A stretch of 62,939 nt of DNA, filler included, from Asterionella formosa (GCA_002256025.1; 14 parts of 14 records of this genome joined end to end with filler, not necessarily neighbours in it); one strand, 5' to 3'. Positions 1-11,280 are shown, counted from the whole stretch's first letter. Notes: a model not told the origin generated them from the letters alone. A program made the numbers and translations.

Positions 1-695
1 ATTGCAAAATAGCTAAAATAGAAAATCGGTGGGAACAAAATGGCACTATCCCACAATTACAATATCTCGATCCATGATTTATTGCTGGATCAAAACCGGC
101 ATTATTTGTACTCACCAGTACATCAAACAGTCATAATCTACAACATTTATTGGCTGAAAACAACAAATGATTCATAAATCATGATTCATCTGTTTACAAT
201 AGGCATCATATCATCATTGTCATGACATGACATGTCACAAGTACCGGTACCACTGGTAAAGGTTGTCAAGTAAAATGCATGAATAATGAGCGACTTTAGT
301 CTAAATATATCATATCACATCTGAGACGCTTTCATGTGATTTTATAATGATAAGCATTGAACTCGAGAATGAATTACTTGATGATTCAAAAACCCTTCTT
401 TCAAGTTCAACTCAAATTGAGTGGATAATTCGTTTGCAATGCGCACTTTCATTTATGAAAAAGTAACAATTATGTGGTGTCTATACTTTCATGCGGCTTT
501 GTACATCACGTAAATACTATTCACTATATTCTGGTAAACACGCTTACTCTTCCCAGATTTCATCTCATGTTTCACATGCATTCCTTTTTTTAAGGTGAAA
601 TTACTTGATGTTACAAATAGATTCTTTAGAAGTTCCACTCATCTTTATATATACTAGTAGCAGTCTAGTCGGTCATCCAGTGGCTGGTAGTAGGA

Positions 696-2253
696 TTGGC
701 TATGCCCTTTCCTTCTTGTCACATTTGTACAGTCACACTTGTAGCCTCAGAAACTGGTCCGGACCCACTGCCACATCAAAATATCATGCCAAACAATGAA
801 GAAATAGTTTGTGCATCTCAAAAGAGATGCATGGTAAAGGAGCTACCAAGGTCAACTGCATATAACTGCCCTGGATATGGGTATAGCATTCAAGCTCTTT
901 GCGGGTATTTGCATGAAGAAGCAGATATTCAGTTCAAAACAACATGCTTCCATTGCTATGAAAAGTTTGGTCGCGCCCTGATGGATCCAGATGATGCAAC
1001 TGCATTGCAACAACTACAACAAGATGAAGAGAGGAGACATGATTCCTCCAATCAAGGACAATTGGAGGGCATAGTAGAACTTGCGCATGAAAATATCATG
1101 AATAGCATTTTACCACCAGAGATTGACAAACAAGGCAGCACTATTAGAGAACGTGATACACAAAAAGCGAAGAAGGAAGCAAATAAAATGAAGTCCCTAC
1201 AGCTCATGAATTTAGCAAATGTCAGAGACGAGAACACAAGAGCAAAATCAACAATGAGCTGGCACCAGTCTGAACATGAAGTCTTTCTGTTATATTTGTA
1301 TAAACATGAGGACCAGCTACTAGGACCGGAGATGCTAGCGCAAATCAGATATATCACTGATGATATTGATGACATTCCAAATCATATGAAGAAAGCAAGA
1401 TCAGTGATACGCAGTTTTTCTTGAAAGGGAAGTCTCTACAGGATTGCATCTAATTAAATTTGAGGGCTTAAAGCCTACAGACTTCGCAAAGTATCTTGGG
1501 ACCCTCGGTAGTCCAGTGACAGGCTGTCTACTTAGTCAGAAGATGTATAAAAACAAGAAGACATCACTTTACAACCTGTTTAAGAAGTATAATATGAAGG
1601 CTACAGACGACTTGTTTGATGATGAGCTGAATGATCTCATTGCTGGCGTCAAGTGAATTGCAAATAAGGCAAAACAAAATGGGATGGGTAGCCTTGAGGA
1701 GGGAAAACGTGAATTGACAATCGACCTGTACCGAAAAATAAACATATGTTTGATTGAAGATGGCTCTCCATCAGCTGTTTTTTCACGTGCATTTTTATGT
1801 CTAACATGGAATTTTATGTGCTGTGTTGATAGTACTGGTGGTGTCTGTATCAAGCATTTGGTTTGGAGTCAAGATGCTGTGGGGATTCGATTTTTTCAAC
1901 AAAAAATGATCAAGATGGCTCTAATAATTTCAATCCCCGACACTGCTACTCCAACCCTGGTGAGGATTTTGCATTGTGCCCAATAACTGCATTGCTTGAG
2001 TACATGACATGCTTTCCGGAAATTCTACAAGATACAGATGGTCTATTGTTTCCTGGTGCAGAGCAGGAGGATTGATTCAGAAAAATTATCAAGAGGTGGC
2101 TACATGGACATGAAGGCGATCTAGCTAGATTGATATGAGGTGGAGGATATTGGTACCCACAGCATCAGGAAGAAGGGTGCAACAACATATGCATCGAGGG
2201 GCTCTACAGCAAGTTCATCAAGTGTAGCGATCAACAATCAAGGTGGTTGGACT
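696..2253 (+). pseudogene. Degenerate Crypton-type tyrosine recombinase (stramenopile type)
   Basis: Joining frames gives EGKREL..LY, FLCLTWNFMC(R>C), KNDQDG..PRHCYSNP..CPITAL and EDIGTHSIRKKGATTYASRGST..AINN(R>Q)GGWT (2152-2253). Several frameshifts and stops; truncated before the catalytic Tyr. Confidence 0.8.
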
Positions 2254-2525
2254 ATTACAATTTAATTTAATTTAATTTAATTCAGAATGTGCAAATGTAT
2301 GATGGTTGCTAGATTCAATATAAACATGATAAAATGTAAGAAATAATGATTTTGTAACCAACTAGCTTTATACTGTTGACTAATAACAGAGAGAGATGAT
2401 ATTATGGATACATATTGTCTACCATGAGAAAAGGCAGCATAATATTGTTCTTAATGGTGTGATACTTCCATTGGAAGTGTGTGTACGGTGGTACATATAC
2501 CGGTATACCTATGATAGGTGCAGGT

Positions 2526-2600
2526 TGTTGAGGGGAACTTTGTCATTAACAAAGGTGAGCTACAATATCATGACTACCGGTATGTTCTATGGCTGTCGTT
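2526..2600 (+). repeat. Short interspersed repeat starting TGTTGAGGGGAAC (possible LTR fragment); second copy at 44838-44900
   Basis: The two copies align by eye. Confidence 0.55.
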
Positions 2601-2621
2601 CGATTATCGCAACACTTGGCT

Positions 2622-2662
2622 GGGGGGGGGGGGGGGGGGGGGGTGGGTGTGGGTGTGGGTGG
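2622..2662 (+). repeat. Poly-G / GGGTGT tract
   Basis: About 22 G followed by GGGTGT-like units. Confidence 0.9.
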
Positions 2663-2697
2663 CTATGCTCACATCGTAGTACATCATTATGGATTAA

Positions 2698-3325
2698 GTT
2701 TGCAGCCCCGGCTTAACCCTAGTTCGGAGAAAATATCGCTAGGGTTGTAAAAACGGCGTGGAACAGGGAGTTTCCTACTACCGGTATGCATTCCCATGAT
2801 TCGGCTGTCCATTTGAATATTTGAATTAAATAGGAATCGGGGAGGCTGATAGAGTTCCAATTAAAAAGAACAAAAATGATATTTAAACGTTAATACTTTT
2901 TCTAGGTTGCTGAATGTAGAAATACTTTTGCTCTACGCCAAAACACATATATAAATTTGGAGTTTGCCAACATGTATGCTCATGGCTCTTTTTTATACGT
3001 CAATATACGGTATTTCGGTACTCGGAGCACCAGTTAGTACATAATCTTGGTTCATCACGATGAAAGACAGGATGTACTATCGGTAGTACCAGTACCAGGT
3101 ACTGATTTTACCAACCAGTATTCAGTACATCTAATACGTATGGTTCAAGTGTGGCTGGCGAGATTTTACAAGACCGGGATACTTCAGCGAATCTACCGGT
3201 AGAGCAGGTGAATAAATTCAATTCAAACAATCAGAATATGTGTAGTGACGCAGGAACTTACCCTGGAGTCTTTTCGGACTGAGAATTATTCAGCGAAACA
3301 TACCTACCGGTACGCAAGACTCTAA
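2698..3325 (+). mobile_element. TTAA-targeting (Kolobok-like) family A, left end; interrupted by a Harbinger element
   Basis: TTAA|GTTTGCAGCCCCGG matches the TIR GGTTGCGGCCCCG seen at 44357, 50323 and 57389. The body aligns with 43267-43960. Confidence 0.7.
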
Positions 3326-4417
3326 GGGACGTTCTTATCATTTTCGATTTGGTATCATTTTTTTTGAAAAAGTATCATGTAACGGCTACTCGATTTAAAC
3401 CGAAAAAATCCATTCTCCAAAAAAATAAAAATGAAATTGTATCACCCAAAAAGTATCACGAAAATGCAACGGTTACGGGCTGGCTACAATCATGTGCATA
3501 TCCCTCCAGGCTTCCCTCCAGATTATTTCGATAATTTTCCATTACTAAAACCATGTAGGAAAACTACGCGTATTATGTAGGAGTATGGAATATATAGCTG
3601 ACATACCTGCTTAATTCTTGATTTGCCATGAGTCAACACAGACATGCAAGATCCACTATACACTTCTTCTTACAATTCCGCTTGCCATCATCCCCTTTCA
3701 AGTTTACAAGCAATCAGCACCATGTCATCATTGTCAGTGCACAATGACGAACAAGTGGATCAACATTGGACTGAAGAAGGTGCCGTGAATATCAACGATG
3801 GCAATGATGATGATGGTAATGATGTCATCAGTAATCAATTTTTTGATAATGAAAACAACCATCAATTCTTTGATCGCCCCACGCTACGTGACTGTGGAAA
3901 CAATCCAGGAGCTTTTTATTCTGGACATTACATGACTTATGGTATCAATGTTCAGGCTATCTGTGATGTTGAGAGTAGATTTATATTTTTTGGGGTGATT
4001 GCTCCTGGACAATGCAGTGATCAAGTTGCATTTGAGAGAACTGCTCTACCCAACAAAACTGCATTATTTGATTCTGGTTTTTATCTTGTTGGTGATGCAG
4101 CACATACATTGTCAGATGTCATGTTAGTTCCATTTGTTGGTTCTCAGCGTGATGACCAAACACAAGATGCCTATAATTTCTTTCTTTCCCAGCTACGGAT
4201 TAGGATAGAGATGGCATTTGGTTTGTTACAGACAAAATGGGCTGTTCTAAAAAGAAACTTAACAACTGGCTTGGAAACAACTGCAACCTGGAAGTGATGA
4301 GGCAGATGACATCCAGGAGATTTTAGCTGAAATCACCCCAGTCTACAATTCTCCACTTGGTTCTTGGGGATATTTGCCAACGGTTGAGAAATTGGATGTA
4401 ATGCCTGGTACTTCTGT
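3326..4417 (+). mobile_element. PIF/Harbinger element (TIR GGGTCGTTCTTATCATT family), one end plus transposase
   Basis: TAA|GGGACGTTCTTATCATT. The same end is at 57544 and, inverted, at 43159. The empty site ctcTAAg is visible at 43954-43960. Confidence 0.85.
3644..4297 (+). pseudogene. PIF/Harbinger transposase (DDE_Tnp_4), internally deleted
   Basis: FYSGHY..GINVQAICD, YLVGDAA, DAYNFFLSQLRIRIEMAFGLL..KW. The first catalytic D(G) block is missing. Confidence 0.85.
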
Positions 4418-4517
4418 NNNNNNNNNNNNNNNNNNNNNNNNNNNNNNNNNNNNNNNNNNNNTTAATTAATTAANNNNNNNNNNNNNNNNNNNNNNNNNNN
4501 NNNNNNNNNNNNNNNNN
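4418..4517. other. Artificial contig linker, first of 13. Others: 8930-9029, 13441-13540, 17946-18045, 22455-22554, 26964-27063, 31466-31565, 35967-36066, 40465-40564, 44963-45062, 49460-49559, 53954-54053, 58450-58549
   Basis: Identical 44N-TTAATTAATTAA-44N block (stops in all six frames) about every 4.5 kb. Contig sizes fall from 4417 to 4390 bp. Confidence 0.99.
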
Positions 4518-5096
4518 CTTTTTGATATTTCCATCATTTCCTTGCAATACAGACGTTCCAGTGACAAATTGCAGCAATCGAGCCTTGGTTTCTTGATCAA
4601 AGTCATCTCGTAAAACCACCTCCCAGAACCAGTTCACAATGTGATTGTTTTTGCTATTTTTGTCTTCGTAAATTCCAGAATAAATTGTATTTGCTTCCCA
4701 ATCATCCATATCTAGGTGAGGGAGACCACAAAGTATGAGCTCTAGCTCTTGGTGATCGAAAACAGACAGAGCTGGCTCAGGAATGACATCAAAGAACCCA
4801 AGAAGGAGACGAACTCGATCCAACATGCGATACTTGAGGTTAGCTTCCAAGTAGTTATAAATGTTTTCATTTGTTACTTCTTTCATAGAACCACCAGGAA
4901 TAAGTTCTACCTCCTTGCGGATACCAAGAGTCTCTTCAGTAGCAGTGAAATCAAGACATGTCATTGAAACATCCTCCATATTAGAGAGCTTCTTTAGAGA
5001 CTTGTAATACTCATCATCCTCATGCTCTAAATCTTGAAAGGTAATTGGCAAGCCCATCAGATGTTTGTAGAGATGACGGATCAGATCTCCTTTCAT
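4518..5096 (-). pseudogene. HECT E3 ubiquitin ligase (NEDD4-like) fragment
   Basis: LYKHLMG, ELIPGG..VT.EN, ELELILCG, WFWEVV, KARLLQFVTGTS. Appears to carry small deletions; abuts a gypsy remnant. Confidence 0.8.
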
Positions 5097-5241
5097 AAGT
5101 TGCCGATCATCAGCATATCACTCACACCGGGAGCGGTTTACTGTGCCACTATCGCCAACCCTTTATCAATGTAATTCGTCCGACGGATTGTTGCTCATCA
5201 ATCGTGGTTGCTGAATAGCTATGTATGATACTTCAATTTAA

Positions 5242-6280
5242 TTGGTGTACCTGTTGGCTTCGCTCTTTCCCGGACTGTCATTTCATTCTTTGACGCGTGA
5301 CCCTAAGGACAAAACGGAATCATCCTTTCTGTCGACAGAACAAACACAGTTCCCGATTCATGCAGCACTTATTGCATATGAACAAACCAAGGACACAGTC
5401 CTAACAAATAAAAAGCAGGCGGACAAATCCTCCTGCTTCACCAAATGTGTGATTGAAGGGAATGCAGTCATTATGCACAGGGAAAAAATTTATGTGCCCC
5501 ATTCTCTTACACAACGCACCTTGGCATGGTATGATGAATACCTATGTACACTCCAAACTCATTCCGGAGAACAACACTCTCTGAGTGCCTTAACTATGAT
5601 CGATCCGGCCACTGGCTGGTTCGAAATCAAAGCAATAACGGACAAAAGTGCAGCTTCCATAATGGAACATTTTGATAACGAATGGCTGGCGCGCTATCCA
5701 CGACCACAAAGCATTATATTCGATAATGGTGGGGAATTAAAGAACTTATCTTATTTAAAGGCTATGTGCGATAACTACGGGCTTAAATCTACACATACCA
5801 TGAGTTATAACCCGCAGGCCAATTCTGTCCTCGAACATGTTCACCAGGTATTAGGCAAAATGTTGTGCACGCAACGCATTGCTGATACTATCTCGGTTGA
5901 ACAACCCTGGGATAATTTCCTTGCCGCGGCTGCCTGGGCTATTCGCAGCACGTACAATACCACTCTTGACGCCACTCCCGGTTAACTGGTTTTTGGGCGT
6001 GACATGCTTCTCGAAGTGGGAGGCCATCCGCCACAACAAACAGGTCAGCATAAATACTTCGAACGCCAAGGAAAACAAATCTTGTATTCCCCATACGGTA
6101 GGTATAAGATCAGTGACCAAATCACGGTCATCCGTCCGGGACTCCTCCCGAAATTGATGAGCCCCACTGATGGGCCACATACTGGTGTCACACAGGTATA
6201 TACAAATGGCACTGTCCAAATACTCCGTGGCATCGTGTCTCGGCGTCTTAACATTCGCCGTGTCCACCCGTATTTTGCCT
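5242..6280 (+). pseudogene. Ty3/gypsy integrase remnant
   Basis: LTMIDPATGWFE, WLARYPRP..IIFDNGGE, NPQANSVLE(R>H)VHQ, AWAIRSTY..TL.ATPG, GP..V..VYTNGTV, NIRRVHPY. Stops and frameshifts present. Confidence 0.9.
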
Positions 6281-6300
6281 CGGCAATTCATTGGGGCAAG

Positions 6301-6663
6301 TGACCTATGGTACAGTATGTACCACGCTAGAACTATATAATGTTAACCTTATAGGCTCTTCTATACAGACCAAATACTTGTTTACTCTCAAAAAAGAGAT
6401 TTACACAATACACACCGTGTATGTATACCACGTCAACCCTAATGAAAGGTGTACCCTTTCATATTACGCACACGACTACCATGGTACCCATATGTAGTAC
6501 ATATACATGTACACGGGATTGATCATGATTAGTACGTGATGCTATATACTAACCCATAGTACATATTGCATTATGTACCATCAGCTATATATGCTACGTG
6601 ATAACTATTGGTATATAGCTATGTACCTCTAGAATAGACGCACGTAAGAATGCTAGGCTAACA
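6301..6663 (+). mobile_element. Putative gypsy LTR
   Basis: A purine tract GGGGCAAG follows the integrase, then TG...; the AT-rich non-coding stretch ends ...AACA before gag sequence. The 3' boundary is uncertain. Confidence 0.5.
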
Positions 6664-6666
6664 TTT

Positions 6667-7388
6667 TTGAGGACTCTCCCACTGCAGACGAAGCCTTATA
6701 CAATTCTGCAATTGAAGCCCTAAACAACCGGTTCATACCTTTAGATGGGCTCTCTCTCTAAGCAGAAAACTTATATGCGTTATCAATTAAGACTATGTAA
6801 CGGCGGCATAAAAGCCTTCGTAGACCGTCTAATTGAAGTAAATAATTATTTAACACATTTTCCCACGGGAAATGGTGTACCAGCAAAACTTCCCAACGAG
6901 AAGCTCATCGAGATAATCGATAGGGCCAAACCTTCTTGCATGGCACGTGGCGATGCTGACAGCCAATATCGAGCCCAGTGCGATGTCACTGCAGGAAGTG
7001 ACAGAGTATTTCGAACGATTAGAGCTAATGGAAAAGCTACGAAAACTTGCCGCCAAGGCATCGCCTTTGACTGCTAATCCTAAAGCACGCAACAATCAGT
7101 CAAAAGGCAAATCGTCTACTGATATTAAGGTCATCGGCAAACACTGCGACCACTGAAATGTGGATGCGCACAATACGGCAAATTGCTACTCACTCAAATG
7201 AGAGCAAAAGACCAAGACAGATGCGCAAGCTTCCAACAAGCGTAAATCGTCCATACGAACAACTTCGTGAGGAAATAAACGTGCTGAAAAAAACGCGTGC
7301 CTACGTCAACACACAAAAAACACGTAAATCAGGACGGGACTCAGACCAATCATCCGAAGTCAATCATGATAGCGAAAACAATGAGTGA
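6667..7388 (+). pseudogene. Ty3/gypsy gag remnant
   Basis: QKTYMRYQL..IKAFVDRLIEVNNYLTHFP, EIIDRAKP, YFERLE and a degenerate Cys/His knuckle. Frameshifted. Confidence 0.7.
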
Positions 7389-7499
7389 TAGCAGAAATTA
7401 CATGCGCAAATGGGATAAGACGCGTACTCTGCGTGCTACTAGATACCGGCACAAGTGCCTCGATCATTTTAGCAAAATATACGAACCCAACTTGAATAT

Positions 7500-7998
7500 C
7501 TACCACGGAGCCAAGTCCATTGCAGAGGCTCTCAAGGTCAATACTGTCTTGACTAAACTTGATCTCTCTTTTAATTCAATTGGTGTTGACGGAGCCAAGG
7601 CCATTGCAGAGGCTCTCAAGGTCAATACTGTCTTGACTACACTTTATCTCGATAGTAATTCAATTGGTGTTGACGGAGCCAAGGCCATTGCAGAGGCTCT
7701 CAAGGTTAATACTGTCTTGGCTACACTTGCTCTCCATGAGAATTCAATTGATAGTAATTTACTAAATGATATTCAAAAACTGGTTGATGGAAACAAGAAC
7801 CGCAAACCAACAGCAGCCAACACAATTCAGCCAACATCAACAACAACAACAACAAATGCAGCACATCCTTCTTCTCCAACAACTCCAACACCAAGCAATA
7901 ACAATCCCACTGATCCGATTTCCATTGGTCGATTGAAAATGAAGGAGTCTATGGCCAATAGCAATATGTATGACCTTCATGTGAAGAAACAAGTCTAG
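7500..7998 (+). pseudogene. RI-like (28-aa) leucine-rich repeat gene fragment
   Basis: Three 84-bp repeats encoding GAKAIAEALKVNTVLxxLxLxxNSI. The 5' side is fused to gypsy sequence. Confidence 0.8.
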
Positions 7999-9029
7999 TT
8001 TTGAAACTAAGGTGGATGACATCAGCCAGTCGACTCTCATCTTGAAGGAGTTTTGACTCCTGACTACTAGTTATTGGTGGTAGCAGGAGTGACAAGTATG
8101 CAGAATGATGATTGAGAGTCCAGAAATGCCTCAAATGTGGTGTTTGAAGAAGTTTTCAACAATTAACAAGTTGATGAACCAACAGAAATGATGCAGGAAA
8201 TGTGTCAAAGAGGTAGGAGGGAGGAAGCAATTCTGTCAGTATTGTAGTCTTTCTGTTACACCAAAAACTATTTGTTCTGTGGTAGGAATGCAAAAAGTTG
8301 GAATTAGGTTTGTAAGGTTGCTGAAAATTTTACAAGGGTTGAGCAGGATATAGTAAGAATGGTGGAGTATTGTTGGTTGGCAAAGCGTTGTGTGTGGGAT
8401 ATGATGACTGCCCTACTTTGAGCTGTGTTCTTTTCACTGCCACATTGCAAATTGACAAAATGTATGAGGTATATATTCCAGATAGAGCAATGCCACAGAT
8501 TAGATTGCCAATCAATTGATATCTGCTGATCATCACGCTAGTGGTCATACACAGCTAGTATGTATTTAGGCTATTATTACACTGATGCATGATTTCATAC
8601 TACTACTAGATTGTTTTCACTTCATTTCGGGTTTATGTATATTAGACATACACACACCTACCAATAATTGATTTGGTCCTCTAGGGGGTGCTTACCAGGA
8701 TTACCAAATTTGGTCAACACAAACACAAATTTTTTACAGTTATAAATAACAGTGCATTATATAAAAAGATGTTCAGACATGAATGACTATAAAGAATTTC
8801 CCGGAATATTTCAAGACTTGCTTGCTCATACCCGAAATGGCTTGCTCTTACCAAAAAAGATGTCGGTATCATGCATATACATATACACATCAATCATCCT
8901 AAAGGTATCATGAATCCTCGTCTGCTTCCNNNNNNNNNNNNNNNNNNNNNNNNNNNNNNNNNNNNNNNNNNNNTTAATTAATTAANNNNNNNNNNNNNNN
9001 NNNNNNNNNNNNNNNNNNNNNNNNNNNNN

Positions 9030-9418
9030 AAAGATGCGGACAAGTTCAACAGTGAATACAAGAACAACATACCAATAAAAATAGTCGGCAGTGTGTGTAC
9101 GGACATGCCAAGGAGGTTTGAGGCAACGGACAGTTCCAACAAGCAAATGTTGATACTGATATCAAATATTTCCTACAAGCAAACAACAATGAAGAAAGCC
9201 ACTTGCTTTTGCTCTCTTGTTGGTATCAAAGATGCAGACAAGTTCAATAGTAACTGCAAGTACAGCATACCAAATGCAGAAACAAGCAACATGAAAAAGA
9301 AATTGTAATCAGAATCATTCTATACCTATAGCTATGTGGACAGTAGTCTGTTACATTTTCGTATCTTCTTCTATGCTGAATCTCAATAGTACATGTAGTA
9401 TCATGTGAGAATTGAAAA
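9030..9418. repeat. Unclassified interspersed repeat Y, partial copy
   Basis: Aligns with about 34030-34436 and, inverted, with about 24390-24860. Confidence 0.85.
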
Positions 9419-9647
9419 TGAAGTGAAAGAGGGAACGATGGAGAAGGACGACGAGGACGAACGAGGAGGAGAGTAGTGTGAGTCGATTAACAAACCTGAC
9501 AAGCTCGAAAAGAGTTTGGAAGGGGGTATGTTAAAAGAGTGATTAGATTAGTTTATCCGGACTAGAATAACGAACCACACGAGTACACAATACTTCATGC
9601 GTCAGACAAAAAGATAGATCAGAAGGACAGACTTGCGATTTATAACA
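9419..9647 (-). mobile_element. Copia 3' LTR (229 bp) inserted in repeat Y
   Basis: On the minus strand: PPT GAGAGACGGGGGGA, then TGTTATAA...TTCA. The end coincides with the break in homology to repeat Y. Confidence 0.7.
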
Positions 9648-9760
9648 TCCCCCCGTCTCTCGAAGAAGAAAAAGAAAGAGAAAGAAAATGAATGCAATAG
9701 TTGTCAGAGGACGGAAGAACATGGATGAGCAAGAGCCCGATGACCAGCATCAATGAAAGA

Positions 9761-11206
9761 CTATCCCATAATGATCATGCAGTGAGCACTGAGAGTAGCA
9801 AATGGTAAAGCTTTGGTGAAGTGGTCCGCATAATTGTGAGCAGATGACACACGGTGAAAAGAGACTCGACCATGGCGAACATGTTCCTGGAGAGGCTGTG
9901 TCTTAGTGGCTATATAACGAACATTCCGAGTGAGTTTGCCAGCGTGAGCAATAATTTGTGCAGCTGAGTTATCTTCACCGATAGCAATAGGAGTGTGGTA
10001 AGGGAGAGACATGTCTTCCATATAAATTCGTAGCCAGAGCATATGTTTAGATGATGTAGTAGCAGCATTTAGTTCAGCTTCTGTTTTATTGTAAGCAGTG
10101 GTACTTTGTTCGCGACACAATGTAATAATAGCTGTACCATTGATCATGACTACTCCGCCAGAATAGGCAAGACGGTCAAAAACCGCCCCTCCAAAGTTTG
10201 CATCGGCAAATCCCGTGGTGATCGGGGCTAAACCTTGACAGGTTTTCACACCCGAAAAATGCCTCTGTTCCTGCAGAAGGTGAGGCAAGGTGATTGCATT
10301 AACATGATGAGTTTCATTCACTCCACTAGTTGTCAGCTTACTAGGAATGTGCCAAAATGTTTGCTCTTTGTCAAACTGATGAACTTCGACACTAATTACA
10401 GTGGGTTCGCCTAACCACGGAGCTGCTTGGCTGATGTGGGCAATAGAAATAACTGAACCACGTGGTATGTTTCGATTGAAAGTGAGAGGAAGGTCAGGAT
10501 AGCGACGAAGATATTTGGCAATTGGAAGGAGTCCCTCAAAGTGTAACATGCCAGGAGCATTTTGATATTGAGCAAGACGTTGAACTGCAGTTTGAATATC
10601 CAATCTAGTCCATTGACAGAGATGTTGAAGCTGCCCCAACAGTGTGCGATATTCAGATCCAAATCTTTTGATGGCTGTTTTCATCTCGAAGCTGGAATAT
10701 GGTACACAACTTGCCAAGGCTTCCTCGTGCTGTATTCCAGCAAGCATAGGGACTATTTTTGCAATGGAGAATGCTTGCTTATTCCATGTGGTACCATAGA
10801 CATAGTATGTTAATATCTCTGAAACCAAATGGGTTTGATCAATAGTCATACAATTAGGGCTAAAGAGAAACCGAAGGCAAAAGAAATGTGAGACAATTCC
10901 CAAGTTATGAACCTTCCAGTGAGATTCTAAGGTGGCAACAATGTGCTTGTACGTAGTGACAGAATGTGTTCCAATGAGGGTATCATCAGTAGCTCTGGCC
11001 ATAATGACATGGTGAGTATTAATAATTCCTTGATAAATGCATTGATCTGCTCGATTCTTTACTAGTCCAAGTTCCCCACATATGACTTTGTCAATATGGT
11101 CTCCCCATTCACGGGATGCATCTTTGCGACCTAGAACATGTGCAAACATTTCGACTCCAAGAGTTTTCCATGGATATTTGTTACTAGCCGGGAGTGTTTT
11201 AGTCAT
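9761..11206 (-). CDS. Ty1/copia reverse transcriptase + RNase H (5'-truncated pol)
   Basis: RATDD.LIG, YRTLLGQL, TRLDI..AV..LAQY, GFADANF, TEAE, EDN.AA, ADHFTKAL. Confidence 0.9.
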   Translation of the reverse strand: MTKTLPASNKYPWKTLGVEMFAHVLGRKDASREWGDHIDKVICGELGLVKNRADQCIYQGIINTHHVIMARATDDTLIGTHSVTTYKHIVATLESHWKVHNLGIVSHFFCLRFLFSPNCMTIDQTHLVSEILTYYVYGTTWNKQAFSIAKIVPMLAGIQHEEALASCVPYSSFEMKTAIKRFGSEYRTLLGQLQHLCQWTRLDIQTAVQRLAQYQNAPGMLHFEGLLPIAKYLRRYPDLPLTFNRNIPRGSVISIAHISQAAPWLGEPTVISVEVHQFDKEQTFWHIPSKLTTSGVNETHHVNAITLPHLLQEQRHFSGVKTCQGLAPITTGFADANFGGAVFDRLAYSGGVVMINGTAIITLCREQSTTAYNKTEAELNAATTSSKHMLWLRIYMEDMSLPYHTPIAIGEDNSAAQIIAHAGKLTRNVRYIATKTQPLQEHVRHGRVSFHRVSSAHNYADHFTKALPFATLSAHCMIIMG

Positions 11207-11280
11207 TGATGCATATTCAGTAGGGAATCTAGTTTAAAACCATAGGATGTACTCAGGAAACACTCTGAGCCAAATGCATC

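Noticed and set aside
242..249. ACCGGT/GGTACC excess as AgeI/KpnI cloning scars
   Set aside because: The motif is TA-anchored, shows decayed variants and occurs as clean insertions within otherwise collinear repeat copies, which ligation would not produce.
2258..2282. (TTTAA)n tract as a telomere
   Set aside because: Short, internal and lacking the G-rich telomeric unit; a simple microsatellite.
3349..3534. Recurrent short ORF MVSFFLKKYHVTATRFKPKK (also 42906-43136 and 57581-58048)
   Set aside because: Chance translation of the Harbinger terminal sequence; the copies diverge in frame.
4418..4517. Regularly spaced TTAATTAATTAA palindrome in N runs
   Set aside because: Artificial contig linker; neighbours across linkers are not biologically linked.
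7297..7998. 233-aa ORF as a real gag-LRR fusion protein
   Set aside because: The N-terminal part is an off-frame read of gag and adjacent sequence; only the LRR part is protein-like.
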